From Gnetum montanum (taxonomy: Eukaryota; Plantae; Gnetophyta): a stretch of DNA of 64,000 nt. Of this stretch, positions 51,897-64,000 are shown piece by piece. The DNA lies in NCBI GenBank assembly GCA_015680685.1, contig MNCI01000556.1, positions 248,001-312,000 of the forward strand, in the 5' to 3' direction. Position 1 is the stretch's first letter, and every line of letters begins with the position of its first letter. The position numbers and the translations under genes are program-made. The notes beneath the pieces are model-generated. The model made no database searches. It had not been told where the DNA came from and worked only from the letters and a program-made list of their open reading frames with translations.

Positions 51897-52353
51897 AACC
51901 CCCGCCGCAACACTTAGCTTCATTTGACATTTATATGGGGGGAATTTTTGAATTTTTTCTCTGCGACTTGCGATTTCGTGACCCTTGCTTTCTCACCTAT
52001 ATCTCACGCACTGGTACTCCGATTTTAATTCCATTTGAACCTGCTTGAACCCAGAGTGTTCAGTTTAGTCATGGGGGAGAGACACTCGCCGAAAAGTGCC
52101 TAACTTTTTTGAAATTTTTCATCGCCCAAAGGACATCAATTAGGGTAATTAATACTAACACTTAGACTAATTGTGCCATAAATCATATGACCTTAAGTAT
52201 ACCGAGATATTAAAGCGAAAATCCACCTAAGTCATAGGACCCATTATCATAATTTTCGGGCACAATAACATACGATCTTAAATTAAGGCAAGTAGTAAGG
52301 TATAACTTGATTTTCTAAAACAACCTTACTAACGTTGGCCCGTGTGATTGCAG

Positions 52354-55131
52354 ATGGCCCCGAAACGCTCAGTCCGACCCAAGGTGGAGCGAAACAACCT
52401 AGGAGAGGTAGAAGATAAGGCCCTGCCGAACAACACAATGAACAAGAGGTACACTCATTCAGTATCCATCAAGAAGGACCTCCTACAAGACTATCCGAGC
52501 AGGCAGAAGGAGGAGCTGCTACGCCTGAACTGGGACAACAACTCACGTTGCCCCCGAAATGTGTTCAGGCTATCCACACGAAGTCCACAATCACTTTGGT
52601 GATTGTGGAACTCAACTTTGAATCTTTTGCAGAGTTCGCTCCTGAGGCTGTTAGGGATCACCTCAAAGGGTCTCCCTTATGGCCTGTCCTCTCTAAACAA
52701 TGTGCCTGGTACTTAGGAGAAACGTACCTATTTTAGCATAATAAGGAGCAAGGCACCACGGTAAACATCGGTGGTGTGACAGTGGATTTTTTTGCACAGG
52801 CGATTTCGGAAGTGTTAAACCTTTCGAATTCAAGTCCCCATGTTGCTCGGTTATCCACCCAATCAAACCCTGATGTGCGAAAGGATTGGCTAGAAAAGGC
52901 TTATGGCAGAGAGAAAGATTTTGGTGAGCTGACCACGGAAGAGAGAGTTTATTTCAAAATTGGAACCTATCACCTCTTCCCCACAAAAGGTTTAAAAAGA
53001 ATATCAACATACATGGCAAGAGGATGTGCAGTGTTGATGGGAAAGGTTAACGCTAATCTTCCTCATCTATATTTGACGGAGATCCTAAGGCAATTCGAAG
53101 AACGAAAGACAGGGAAAATGACACTCCCTTTTCCCTGCCTTATCAGAAAACTGTGCCAACAGGCTGGTATTTGGGGATATACAAATGACATCCTCTGAAA
53201 AGCCCAAAATGCTTCTTATGCTGAATTATTAAAGGTGCCAGCTCCAAGAAAGAGCACTGGCAAAGAGTTGGGACCAGATGAAGAAGATGAAGAACAGATG
53301 GCTGGACCCCCTGCAACTCAACTTGCAAGACCCAGTCAAACCTCCAGCCATAGGTCCCAGCCAACAACAAGAAGCAGGACCCGGCACAGGCCAGGATCTG
53401 TCGCCGCCGCAAGACTATAGACCGTCGATGAGCCATCTGAGGGCCATTGCTGAGACGGTCAATTGGGGAAGTAGTGATGACACCAATCTCTTCCGTGTCA
53501 TCGATGATGCCAACCAGCCTACGATTTCAGTAGATCACACAAGGGGTGAGTTGTCAATGCAGACAGGAGGAGGGGAACGTAGATGGTCACAACAGATCTA
53601 TGGAGACGCAGCATCTTTTCAAGTGCAATTAGAGATGGGTGAAGGGGCCACTGTGATGGTCATGCAACACCAGGATGCCACAGGAGCAGCTAAGGTGGTC
53701 GCTAACCACATCAAAGAGTCTTTTAATGTACCTGTTGTGCCACCGGCAAATCTTTCAGGAGCACAGGATACTCAAATTATTACCGAAACCTCAGTGACTC
53801 TTGCAAAACATGAGGATGTATTGGATAGATTGCTTCAAACAGGACAAGTTTTAACGTCCCTGTTTGACATTCCCCAGGATGTAACGGCAATTCAGTCAGA
53901 CCTCATTTCCACAAAGGGGAAGCTGGTCATATCCGAAGTAAGGGCTGAGCATGCTGAGGCTGAAGTGCAGAAATTACAAGAGCAGCTCATCGCCTTACAA
54001 GCAACACAGCAGGATCCCTTGCGATTGGTTCCCGCAGACCAATTAGACAATTTTAGAACCAAGCAACTAACAAAATTGATTGCAGAGAATAAGAAGGTGG
54101 CAAAAGAAAAGGAGACGGCCACTTGGGATGCCTCCGCAGCAAAGGTGCAAACTCATGTGCATCTTCAGGCACTCAAGGCCTTGCAAGAAGAGAATAAGCA
54201 GTTGGTTGCAGATAACCTTCGGTTGACTTCTATGGAAAAGCAAAAGAATGTTCTCGATGAGCACTTTTATCAGCTGCGAGAATAATTCATTCGAGTCAAC
54301 CAAGATGTAAGCCGTTTAGCCAGAGAAAATCAAACCCTCTCAATGGAGGAGGTATGCGCTATTCGACAGAAATCAGCCATCGAGATTAGTGCATGGCAGA
54401 ATGAGGCTAAATGACATGAGAAGCTGAAGGAGCACTTCTGTGATCAGGTGGGGATGTACAAATAGATCCTGGAGAAGGAGATCCGTATGGCCAAAGCTCA
54501 AATCAATAGCATCAGTGCCCAACACACTGATTGGGGGGCCATATTGGACACTTATGCCTATGCACACCAAGCGGAAATTAAGAACCGGGACTTGCAGATC
54601 CAAGACTTAACTGAATACATGGAGTTGGCAAACCTTCTATATGCCAACCTGGCAATGTTAACAGCAGGATGCCCAAGGTTAGAGCTCGAGCAGCAGGTAG
54701 CTTCCAACCATATCAAATATGAAGCAGAATTTGCAGAACGAAAGTAGTTGGCTGAAAAATTAGATGCTGCAAATTCTGAACTCGCGGTGGTAAAAGAAAG
54801 CTACCAAGGACAGAAAGATGTGGCAACCGACATGGCTCGACGGCTAACAGAACTTCACGAATACAAAGACAGAGCCAGAGCCTACAAAGAGGAACAACGG
54901 GTGTTCGCGGCATGGTACGTCAAAGCTAATTAGATATTCACGCAACTACCTTGTCCGTGGGAAGTACTGACTCCATCAAACATCGGAGCATCAACATGGA
55001 CGGTACAAGACCCTCAGACCGAAGAGGAGAAGATCCAGGCTATTCTTCAGCATCATCAATTTTCAAAGCTTGGAGCACATGACAAAGGGAAAGCACCCAT
55101 GGAGGAGCCACTGCCACCAGGAACTACATGA
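52354..55131 (+). pseudogene. ORF2 of copy C: Transposase_32/Athila 'env-like' domain, acidic linker and long coiled coil; several stops and frameshifts
   Basis: ORF fragments 52348..54933 can be joined. Starts MAPKR, contains LPFPCLIRKLCQQAGI, has a heptad-rich C-terminal half and ends DKGKAPMEEPLPPGTT*. Confidence 0.85.
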
Positions 55132-55289
55132 GTTCCACATTTTTGTAGTTGTAGCATTTTTTCTCTGTGTTGTGTCTTCCCACACTGCGGCATTAGTCCA
55201 TTTTTTTTTCCAGTTAATAATCCCATACCTATCCATTGTGTAATCACTGAAGCTTGTTCTCCTTGTAACTCGAGGATGAGTTTTTATTC

Positions 55290-55300
55290 AGTTGTGGGGG
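55290..55300 (+). other. Polypurine-tract-like primer site
   Basis: AGTTGTGGGGG, two bases before the 3' LTR. The same motif precedes the 3' LTRs of copies B and D. Confidence 0.85.
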
Positions 55301-55302
55301 TA

Positions 55303-56250
55303 TGATGAGATGCAATTCGCACAAGCCGCGATATCGCGTACACGATATCGCATCCTTCCCTACAATATCGCGTACGCGATATTGCAGTCCGTCGCCATGT
55401 CTATAAATAAGAGGCAGCTCTCCCTTATTCAGGATCCCAATTTTAGAGTAGCGAAGCTCTGGCAGTTTGATCCCTCCAGAGTTGGAATTTTTCCCGTGTC
55501 TGCCCGCAGTGTGGTGAATGTAATTGTACGGTGTCTTTATTCGAGTGTGCCGTACTTGGACACGCACATGTCCAGCAATAAAGATCGAGATTACTTCATC
55601 ATTGCAGCATTCACTTAGTTTATTTAATTGTTATTTATTTAATGTTATTTATTACTTTCATAGTGCGGTGTGAGTAAGACTTGGCTACAAGCATCTATGG
55701 GTGTGTACGGCTAGTTAAGGAATCAGTTACTCATCGCGATTAGTTTATCACCCTTAAACTCCTAGAAGCGGAACGAGTACGACTTGATTACGAGCATTTA
55801 AGTGTGACTACTTGGTAGCCCAGTGGTGTAGCTAGGGGGATCTACGCTTGGTAACCCAGTGGCGTATTTGGGGTTTGCGCTTGATAATCACAGTGGCGTA
55901 CCTAGGCCTATGCTTGGTAGTCCCAGTGGTAGTCATGCACGAAGTCCAAGATGTGTATGGTTGATCAAGGAATCGGTTGCTCGTCGCACTTAGGCTAGAT
56001 TAGGTTTTCTTACCCTTTCCCTCCTAGCTTAGCTTAGTTAGTATTATTTTCCACTGCCTTCAAGAATAGCATTAGATTAGGACACATCATACGCCTCATC
56101 TAGACTAAACCATACGTGACATATGCAAAACTAGTCTAGATGGGATAACTATCTAGGTGCCACAACTAGTCCATCTGCGGAGTTCGACCGGATCGCGCGT
56201 GCGACGCTCGTTTCGTATGGTTGAGTGTAGGGGTACCTCGCCACTCATCA
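55303..56250 (+). repeat. 3' LTR of copy C
   Basis: Matches the 5' LTR apart from one lost U3 motif unit and a ~25-bp deletion near 56145. Confidence 0.97.
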
Positions 56251-57153
56251 CTTTTCCATGAAGATAGCAAGATAACAGCAACATATTACTTGGACCACCA
56301 TTCAAAATTTAATGACATCCCAAAAATATCTATTTTAGGCAAATGAAAAATTAGTATATTTTGCCTAATGAATCTTCACTTAATAAAAAAGAAATGGGTG
56401 TAACTTATTAATATAGTTAGTGAATTATACTACATATGTTACATAAGATATAATATCAATAAGGTGGGTGTTGGGAGCATTAATGGAGGAGCACCCAAAC
56501 TCAACCCAAGCCTTACCACTTGAAAAATAAGTAGTTTATCATCACTCCAAATGATGGTACCTTAAAATATAAAATGAAATGAAATAAAATGAAATGAGGC
56601 TTAATTATGTTTGAAGACCCATAGGATCTATTAGACAAATATTACATTTTCATGAAAAATAAAGATAGACTTTACAAATTGACCAAGCACTAATAAGGGC
56701 AAAAACTTTAGGCACAAAATTTAAGCGTTCCCAATAGGTCACCCATTCCATCCTATCCCAGAACTACTCCAAGAAAAGCACACTTAATTACAAAAAAAAT
56801 TTTCTCACTTGCTACCAACCAATCAATTTGAACCCACCTCTTCTACCATTGAATTTCTCTCTTCTCATAACAAGTTGATTTCTAAGCTAAACCTATTTAG
56901 TAGCATCATTACAAGGTAATTCAATTATTAACCAAGCATGCTAGTTGCAAAGTACTCAAACATTCATTTTATAGTATGTAGGGTATGTTAAAGTCATTCT
57001 AGAGGCCTATTAGGTAAAGAATATTGTGTTGGAGGTAATGTCAATGACATGTGCTCCTTATGTATTTTTCATATATTTCTTCTATCTCAAGTTAGTTTGT
57101 ATAGTCACTTTTATGTTCGTAATGTTTCTTTAGTCATAGTTTTTTAATGAAGC

Positions 57154-57990
57154 TGATGAACCATTAATTAGTTAGCTGCAATATCACAACTATGATATTG
57201 TGTCTATAATATTGTAGTTGTGATATCATATGTCTTCATATGATATCACAAATGTATAAATTCAAGGCTAGTATTGGCTATAAATACCACCCACCTAACA
57301 CATTAATGACCCTTTTCATTACCATAGTAGCTAGACTCTTACATTTATATTTCATGTATTTAATAACAATTAGCAAGTGCCTATGGTATGGATTTGGAGT
57401 GATTGTATGATTTTTATTCAAGTAGCGTTGTACTTTGATGTAATTCCATGACAACAATAGGAATGAGTTCATTCTTATCCATTGCAACAATTGAATTAGA
57501 ATATAATTTACTTTCCTATATTTTTCACTTTCATTTGCACTTAGCTTAATGCTTACTTTTCCTACATAATAGTAAAATTGACAAAATAAGTATAACTAAT
57601 TTCAAGTATAACGCATAATCATTTTATAACCTAATAGTGATGGCACTTTGTCGCATATTGCTTGGTAATCATAGCAATGGTTACACTAGCCTAGGACATG
57701 TACCATAAATTGAGAAAGGATACTTATTGTCCATAGGCTAGACTAGGATTTATTTTCATTGTTCATTAAATTTAATATTTAAATTCTATGTTTTACTCTA
57801 GTTTACTCAATGTTGAACGATATCATAGTATGTGCCTTGCTTAGGATTAAATCATACGTCTTAGACTTTGGGAGGACAATGACCAACAATCATGTATCAA
57901 CTATTTAAAAGCCATGCTTAGTCCATCCATAGATTATAATTAGGTCACGCACCATGCTTGTGATTTTTTTGGTTGGGCATAGAGCCACTG
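57154..57990 (+). mobile_element. Old solo/partial LTR of the same Athila-like lineage
   Basis: TGATGAA start, decayed GATATC array (57180-57250) before a TATA-like box, cttggtaatc motif at 57661. 3' end uncertain. Confidence 0.6.
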
Positions 57991-59320
57991 GTTAGAGGGT
58001 AAGAAAATATCACATGCTTAACAATAAGTAGAAAACATGAAAAATAACTTGAAAAAAAAGAACCTTCTAATTTTAGGAATTTCTATTTAGGTGTAAAGCC
58101 TTCCAACTAATGCTTTAAAAAATCAAAGGAATAAAATTAGTTGTTAGTGAGAAGGATAATCCAAGTCCTACCAATACTTATATCACTTCAACATTTGTGC
58201 TTGAACATAAAATGGGAAAAGGATTTGAGGTAGCAATTATTTACTTTGGCAAAATATGAACATTTGTAAGAAAGGAAGATCTAATAGAAAATCATGGCAT
58301 AAATTTTCTATCATATTATCCATCATGATTGATCTTACATCGAGAATCTTAATCAATTAGTTATAGCCCACTTATAAGTTCTAGTCTTTGAGTTAATAGT
58401 ATTCCTATTAGATAAGGAAAAGTTTGTCTTATGAGGTATCTATCCAAACTAATCAATATTTTTTGTAGTACCAATAAGCATGTTTACAAAAGCTTCTATA
58501 TTTTCTAGTTTCTTTACTATCACTACACCATTTTTATCATTAACATTAACATAATTTTTATATCCTCAACTTTAGATTACTTTTTTCTATCTTCAACTTC
58601 AACACATTTTTTTCTTTTCCTTAGCATGTTTGTATATGATGGCATAAATAACAAAGTGGTCATCCAAACCTATAAATAGAGGTGTCCTCCCTCATATAAA
58701 AGTGATGGTGTTTACTATTTTTTAAAAAAATTTCAAGCATCAAGTTGTATAAAGTATTATATTCAAGCTCTTTTAATTTGAAGGATTTTCAATAAATTTT
58801 CAAGATTTTCTCAAAATCTCTTTGCATCTTCCTAAATTTCTCTTTCATTTTCTTACAATCTCATTCCATATCTTGGGGTGTACCTATGTTTTAATATTTT
58901 GGGTTCCAACACCCCCTATTTCATATTTCATATTTATTATCTCATTTTACATTTAACTCATATTTATTTACATTTCATTTTCATATCAATATAACATATA
59001 TCTTACACATTTTGACCATTATTACTTAAGCTCTATTAGATCACAAATATTATATAATATTTGCATAATTTTCTATTTAGATTTAGGTGAAATTCACTCT
59101 TTCATATCAAGTTTATTTCATCTTCAAACCCTAGATTCATAGTTTCATCCGAGCTCTAATCATTTTGTCTAAAATTCTTTTTTTTTTTCACTTAAAGAAT
59201 GCTAGAATTATGTTCTTTATTTTATTGCAAGCAAAATAACTTCAAAATTGAGGTCAAATGATGTCAAACATCATTAGATCATGAATTCATATAATGAAAA
59301 TTTGTGCCTATTGCCAAAGA

Positions 59321-59720
59321 CCATTTGAGCTTATCCACATAGATTTGAAAGGTCCAGTGCCTACTCTTGCTTAGGGAGGGGACAACTATTGTTTTTTTCA
59401 TTATTGATAATTTCAGTTGATATGTGTAAATCTACACCTTACATTCCAAGGATAAGATCTTTGGTTTTTATTAGAACATTAAAAAATTGATTGAGAATAG
59501 ACTATACCTTAAGATAAAGCTATAACATCTAATAAAGGAGGAGAATTTATGAGTCAATAATTTGAAAATTTTTGTCAATAATATGACATAAGAAATAAAC
59601 CACATGTGGTTGCTCTAAGAAAAGTAATGAACTTACTTTAAAAAATTGAATTCTATGAGAGATGTTAGGATGTCTACTTGAATATGCATCACATCCAATC
59701 AATTTTGGAATCATGTTTTA
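59321..59720 (+). pseudogene. Ty1/copia integrase remnant
   Basis: Motifs PFELIHIDLKGPVPT..GG.NY, IIDNFS and KGGEFMS. Confidence 0.8.
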
Positions 59721-59766
59721 GCTTGCATTTTCACACAAGCTAAAGGAAGGAAGGATCATCATCTAG

Positions 59767-62700
59767 TGATGAGCAACGAGGTACCCCTATGCCCAACCAT
59801 ACAAGTCACAAGCGTTCACACACGATCTGGTCAAATTTCGTGGATGGGACTAGTTATACATCTAAATCATCATGCCTTGGTCACAGTTTGCTATCTTCCA
59901 ACTTGGACTAGTGGTAGCTTTGTCACATATGGTTTAGTCCAGAGGCATATGATGATTGATGTTGTTCATCCCTAAGTTACTCCTAATGATAATAAAGAAA
60001 TTGATTGTTTAATCCAATTAACAATGAAAAGTAAAGTCTAACAAGCCTACGTGCAATGAGTATCTATTCCTAATCATCTGTACACAACTTGGACTTCAAG
60101 TAACTACCACTAGGATTACCAAGTGTATGCCACTAGGTGTACCAAACAATACACTACTAGGTTACTAAGTAATTACACTTAAGCACTCGCAATTAGTCAT
60201 ATTCATTCTGCTTAATAGGAATAATAAAGAATAATAAATGATAAAATTAACTAAGGAAAATAATAAACATTTAAGCAATTAAAAGTAATAATAAATCAAA
60301 GTGGATGCTGCAATGATGAAAGTAATCTTGATCTTCATTGTTGGTCATGTAACGTGTCCAAGTACATCACACTCAAATAAGGATGTCCTACAATCACTTA
60401 ACATCACACTATGGGCATGCACTAAGAATTAACAAAACTTGAAATCAAAAATCTATGAATATATTTTATCTCTCTATGCTATCTCTTACTCCGTAATTAT
60501 GCACCCAAGTGTGGTATTTATAGGCTCACACAAAAATGGCAATATCAGATGTCTGACATCGGAGGTTGTGCCTCAATATCAAATACCCAATATCGCGGCC
60601 CTACAAAACATGACTCATTATACCCCCATGACTGAATGAAAACTTAACCTCGAGTTAAACAAAATGAGGAACAAGTTCTTTACAAAAAATTGGGAAGGTA
60701 TGGGATTATTAACTAACGTAAGTAAATACACAAATTGAATTTTTCATGTTGTAATGGTGTTTTACAAAAAAATATGGATACAACATGACAAGACATAAAA
60801 TTGGGGAAGCTCATGTAGTTCCCAGAGGTGGTGGCTCTTCCATCAGTCGCTTCCCTTTGTCACCAAGCTTTTGGAATTTGTAGTGATTCAAGAATGCCTG
60901 CAACTTTTCCTCCTCTATTCTTGGGTCATGTATCATCCAAGCTAATGAGCCGATGTGTGCTAGAACCAATACATGACATAGGGACAATAGCTACAGAAAC
61001 ATTTTATTTGCTTTTATGTATCATGCTGAGAACTAGCATTGCTCCTCCCCCAAGGTCCTGGCCTTTTCATTCAATTCATGATGATCTGTTAATCTTTTAG
61101 CCAAGTCCAAGGCTACATCTCTCTACCCATGGTAGCAAGCTTTTATTATTTCCAATTTTGAATTTATCACGTGAAGCTTCTGTAGAGCATCTTTCCTATT
61201 AGCTCGCTACTCTTTTTCATATAGTGCATAAGTGCCCACTACTTATTGCTTTAGCTCGTTTCTGGGTCGACTTGCTGTTAACATGACAAGGTTAGCATAG
61301 CAAAGGTTAGCCAATGCCATGTACTTTTTCAAATCTTCAATCTGCAGGTCCTTTTCTTTACTTCCACTTGATGGACCAAGGCACAGCTATCCAAGATTGG
61401 CTACTAGTCAGGATTCTACACTGACATGGAACTGATGAAGGCCTTTGCCATCTAGATTTCTTTTTCATTGATCTATTTGTACATGCCAATTTGGTCCTAG
61501 AAGTGCTCCTTCCAATTTTCATGTTTCTTGATCTCGTTCTGCCATGCACTTATCTCAATTGTAGATTTTTGATGTATCACATGGACCTCTTCCATTAAGA
61601 GGATTTGATTTTCTCTAGTCAATCTATTGATGTCTTGGTTAACTCTCCCAGTTGTTCTCTCAACTAGTGGACACTTTCTTCTAAGATATTTTTCTATTTT
61701 TCTACAATGGTCAACCTTATGTTATTCGTAGCAAGCTATTTATTCTCTTCTTATGTAGTGGTCAATCCCTTTGCATGGGCATATGCTTAAGCTTCAGCAA
61801 CTGAGGCACTCTAGTCTACCTTCTCCTTCGCTTACTGAGTAGCTTTGTTCTATTCAATCAATTGGTTTAGCTGCTCTATTCAAAATTGGTCTAGCTAGTT
61901 AGGGGCAACAAATTGGGCAAGGTTCCTTCTTTCAACTCTCAGGGCAACTAGCTCTTGTTGCAATCAATATAGTTCAGCTTTTTCATATTCTACCCTGGTC
62001 TCTACCATGACCAGCTTGTCTTTTGTGATGATGAAGTCTAACTGCATTATAGTGACATCACTGAAGATGTCAAAAAGAGTTTTCATCACTTGTCCAATGT
62101 ACAGTAGTTTGTTAAGTACATCCTCATGGGACATAGAGTCATTGAAGTCCCAACTAGCATTTGGGCATCTTTGGTTCGAAGTAAGTCCACTAGGGGCACA
62201 ATAGGCACATTGAAGGATTCTTTAATGTGATCTGTTATTACCTCTACTACGACTATCACATCTTGGTGCTACATGACCATGACTATGGCACCTTCTCTTG
62301 TCTCTAGTAGCACTTGAAAAGATGTAGAATTTTTAGAGATTTGTTGTGACCATTGGGCTTCTCCTCCTAATTGTAAAAAAATCTACCCCCTTGATGGATC
62401 GGTAGAAACAGTGAGTTGCATAACATCATTGATAACTCAGAAGAGGTTTGATTCGTTCCTACTTTCCCAACTGAGAGTTTCAGGTATTTGTTGCAAGTGG
62501 CTCATTGCGGGCTAGTAATCTTGTGGCAGTGGAGGTGGAACTTCTAGCTAACATCACTGTTCAAGCTCTTACTTTGTTTCCTTCTCTGGTTCTAGCTCCT
62601 TTTCTAGTTCTTGTTCTTGTTCATCACCGAGGTCTTTCCTTGGTGCTACAAGTTTAAACAACTCATCAAAGAAGCATTTTGAGCCCTCCTAGAAATGTCA

Positions 62701-64000
62701 TTAGTGTATGTTAGGATTCCAGTGCACTAGCACAGCTTTTTGATCAGGCAAGGAAATGGAAGTGTTCGCTTCCCTACCTTCTTTTGTTCAAACCACCTTT
62801 AAATTTCCATGAAGTACATTTGGGGAAGATTGGCATTATATTTTCCCACTAATACTGTACTTCCCTTGGCCACATAAGTTGATATTCGATTGAGCCCTTT
62901 AGTTGGGAATAGATGGTATGTGCCTATCTTAAAATAGGTCCTCTCTTCTGGAGTCAACTTTTTGGTTTCTGCATTGGACCTTATGGACAAATGCACCAAC
63001 TTGGCCCCCACATTTGATAGATTCAAAGCCTCTATGATTGCCTTAATTGAAAAAGAGATAGAGACTCCACTAATGTTGATGGTGGTGCCTTGTTCCTTAT
63101 TATGCCAAAATTGGTACGTCTCACCAAGGTACCATTCCCCACTTTCTAAAAGGATGTGCCATAATGGTGACACCTAGAGTTGAGTTTCAACTTCCCCAAG
63201 GGAAAATGTCATAAATAAATCAAAGTTCATTTCCATGATGATCGTGGTCAACATGGATTTCTCCTGGATGGCTTTAAGGCATTCTTGGGACAATGTGAGG
63301 CATTGTCCTTGCACTGGAGCTTGTGGTTCTACAACCTCTACTTGGACTGACTACCTTGTAATAGGAGCCTCTTGATGAATACTAAATGATTGGGCCTCCT
63401 ATTCTTCATATTCAGCTGCTAGGCCTTATTCTCCTAGTCGATCTCTGCCAACTCTTGGACATTTGCTTACTCTTTGTGAAGGTCCTTCTTGTCCTCCTCT
63501 TTTTGGGGCCATCTACAATCATTCAAGGATTTGGTATTACTAAGGTGCTATCATTTATCATTCATAGGTTTATACCTTACTCATGACCTTCGTTCTATTA
63601 AGTTCTTTAATGCGTATGATTGCAGAGTTAGAAAAATTTCAAGAAAATTCCCAAAAAGTGTTAACTTCTTTTATGACCCTTTGTAATTGGCCTCTTTTCC
63701 CTTATGTATGGCTTATCATGATGGTTATAGTCCCTTAGGTGAGAAAATTAAACGGTTTGGCATTCATACGATTAATTGTTCATTAAAACACTTAATGATT
63801 TTAATCGATTAATATCTTCTAGGCAATAGCAAATTTTGAAAAATCGATGCAAGTTTTCTATGTAAGCACCCTCCCCCAACTAAATTGAACACTTCAGGTT
63901 CAACTAGATTCAAAAACCATGAAAATCGAAGTGGTATGAAGCAAGATATCATGTGTGAATGTTGGTTATGCAAAGCTCTAAGTTGAGAGAGAGAAATTCA
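59767..64000 (-). mobile_element. 3' part of Athila-like element (copy D): 3' LTR 59767-60620, PPT, ORF2; continues beyond the window end
   Basis: LTR end homologous to copy C, PPT (cccccatgact) at ~60623-60633, and an ORF2 homolog. Confidence 0.9.
60811..63512 (-). pseudogene. ORF2 of copy D, decayed
   Basis: MAPKR start. ORF 62799..63173 (WYLGETYQFWHNKEQGTT...FKIGTYHLFPTKGL) is closely similar to copy C. Ends DKGK..MEEPPPLGTT*. Confidence 0.88.

Larger units (their letters stand above)
47350..56250 (+). mobile_element. Young non-autonomous Athila-like LTR retrotransposon (copy C): LTR-PBS-gag-spacer-ORF2-PPT-LTR, no pol
   Basis: Perfect TSD CTTTT (47345-47349, 56251-56255), TGATGAG...CTCATCA termini, intact PBS, PPT and highly similar LTRs. 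No PR, RT, RH or INT motifs. Confidence 0.97.

Noticed and set aside
55244-55618. Overlapping ~108-aa ORFs on both strands at the 3' LTR start
   Set aside because: A by-product of the GC-rich palindromic U3. No equivalent ORF is listed for the 5' LTR.

Overview
This is AT-rich, CpG-depleted land-plant nuclear DNA, mostly nested retroelements around one intact host gene. That gene is a 7-exon MIKC-type MADS-box gene on the minus strand (46146..37851, 178 aa). It has an atypical MADS domain, a 12-aa C-terminus and a 6.9-kb second intron filled with LINE, copia and SINE-like debris. There are four related Athila-like Ty3/gypsy LTR elements, recognised by TGATGAG...CTCATCA-type termini and a tRNA-Asp PBS where the 5' end is visible. 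Copy A (1..5900, -) is truncated by the window edge. Copy B (22336..34970, -) is full length but decayed. Copy C (47350..56250, +) is young, lacks pol, has an open gag and a perfect CTTTT TSD. Copy D (59767..64000, -) runs off the window. The most notable signal is a second gene (ORF2) in copies B, C and D, combining a Transposase_32/'env-like' domain with a long coiled coil. It looks like an independent transcription unit. In copy C it is preceded by an internal promoter that reuses the palindromic GATATCGCGTACGCGATATC array plus TATA of the element's own LTR, then a splice acceptor directly abutting the ATG (intact in C and D, decayed in B). The window also holds a UGT pseudogene fragment, solo LTRs, copia remnants and tandem repeats. 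All alignments and counts were done by eye and no database searches were run.
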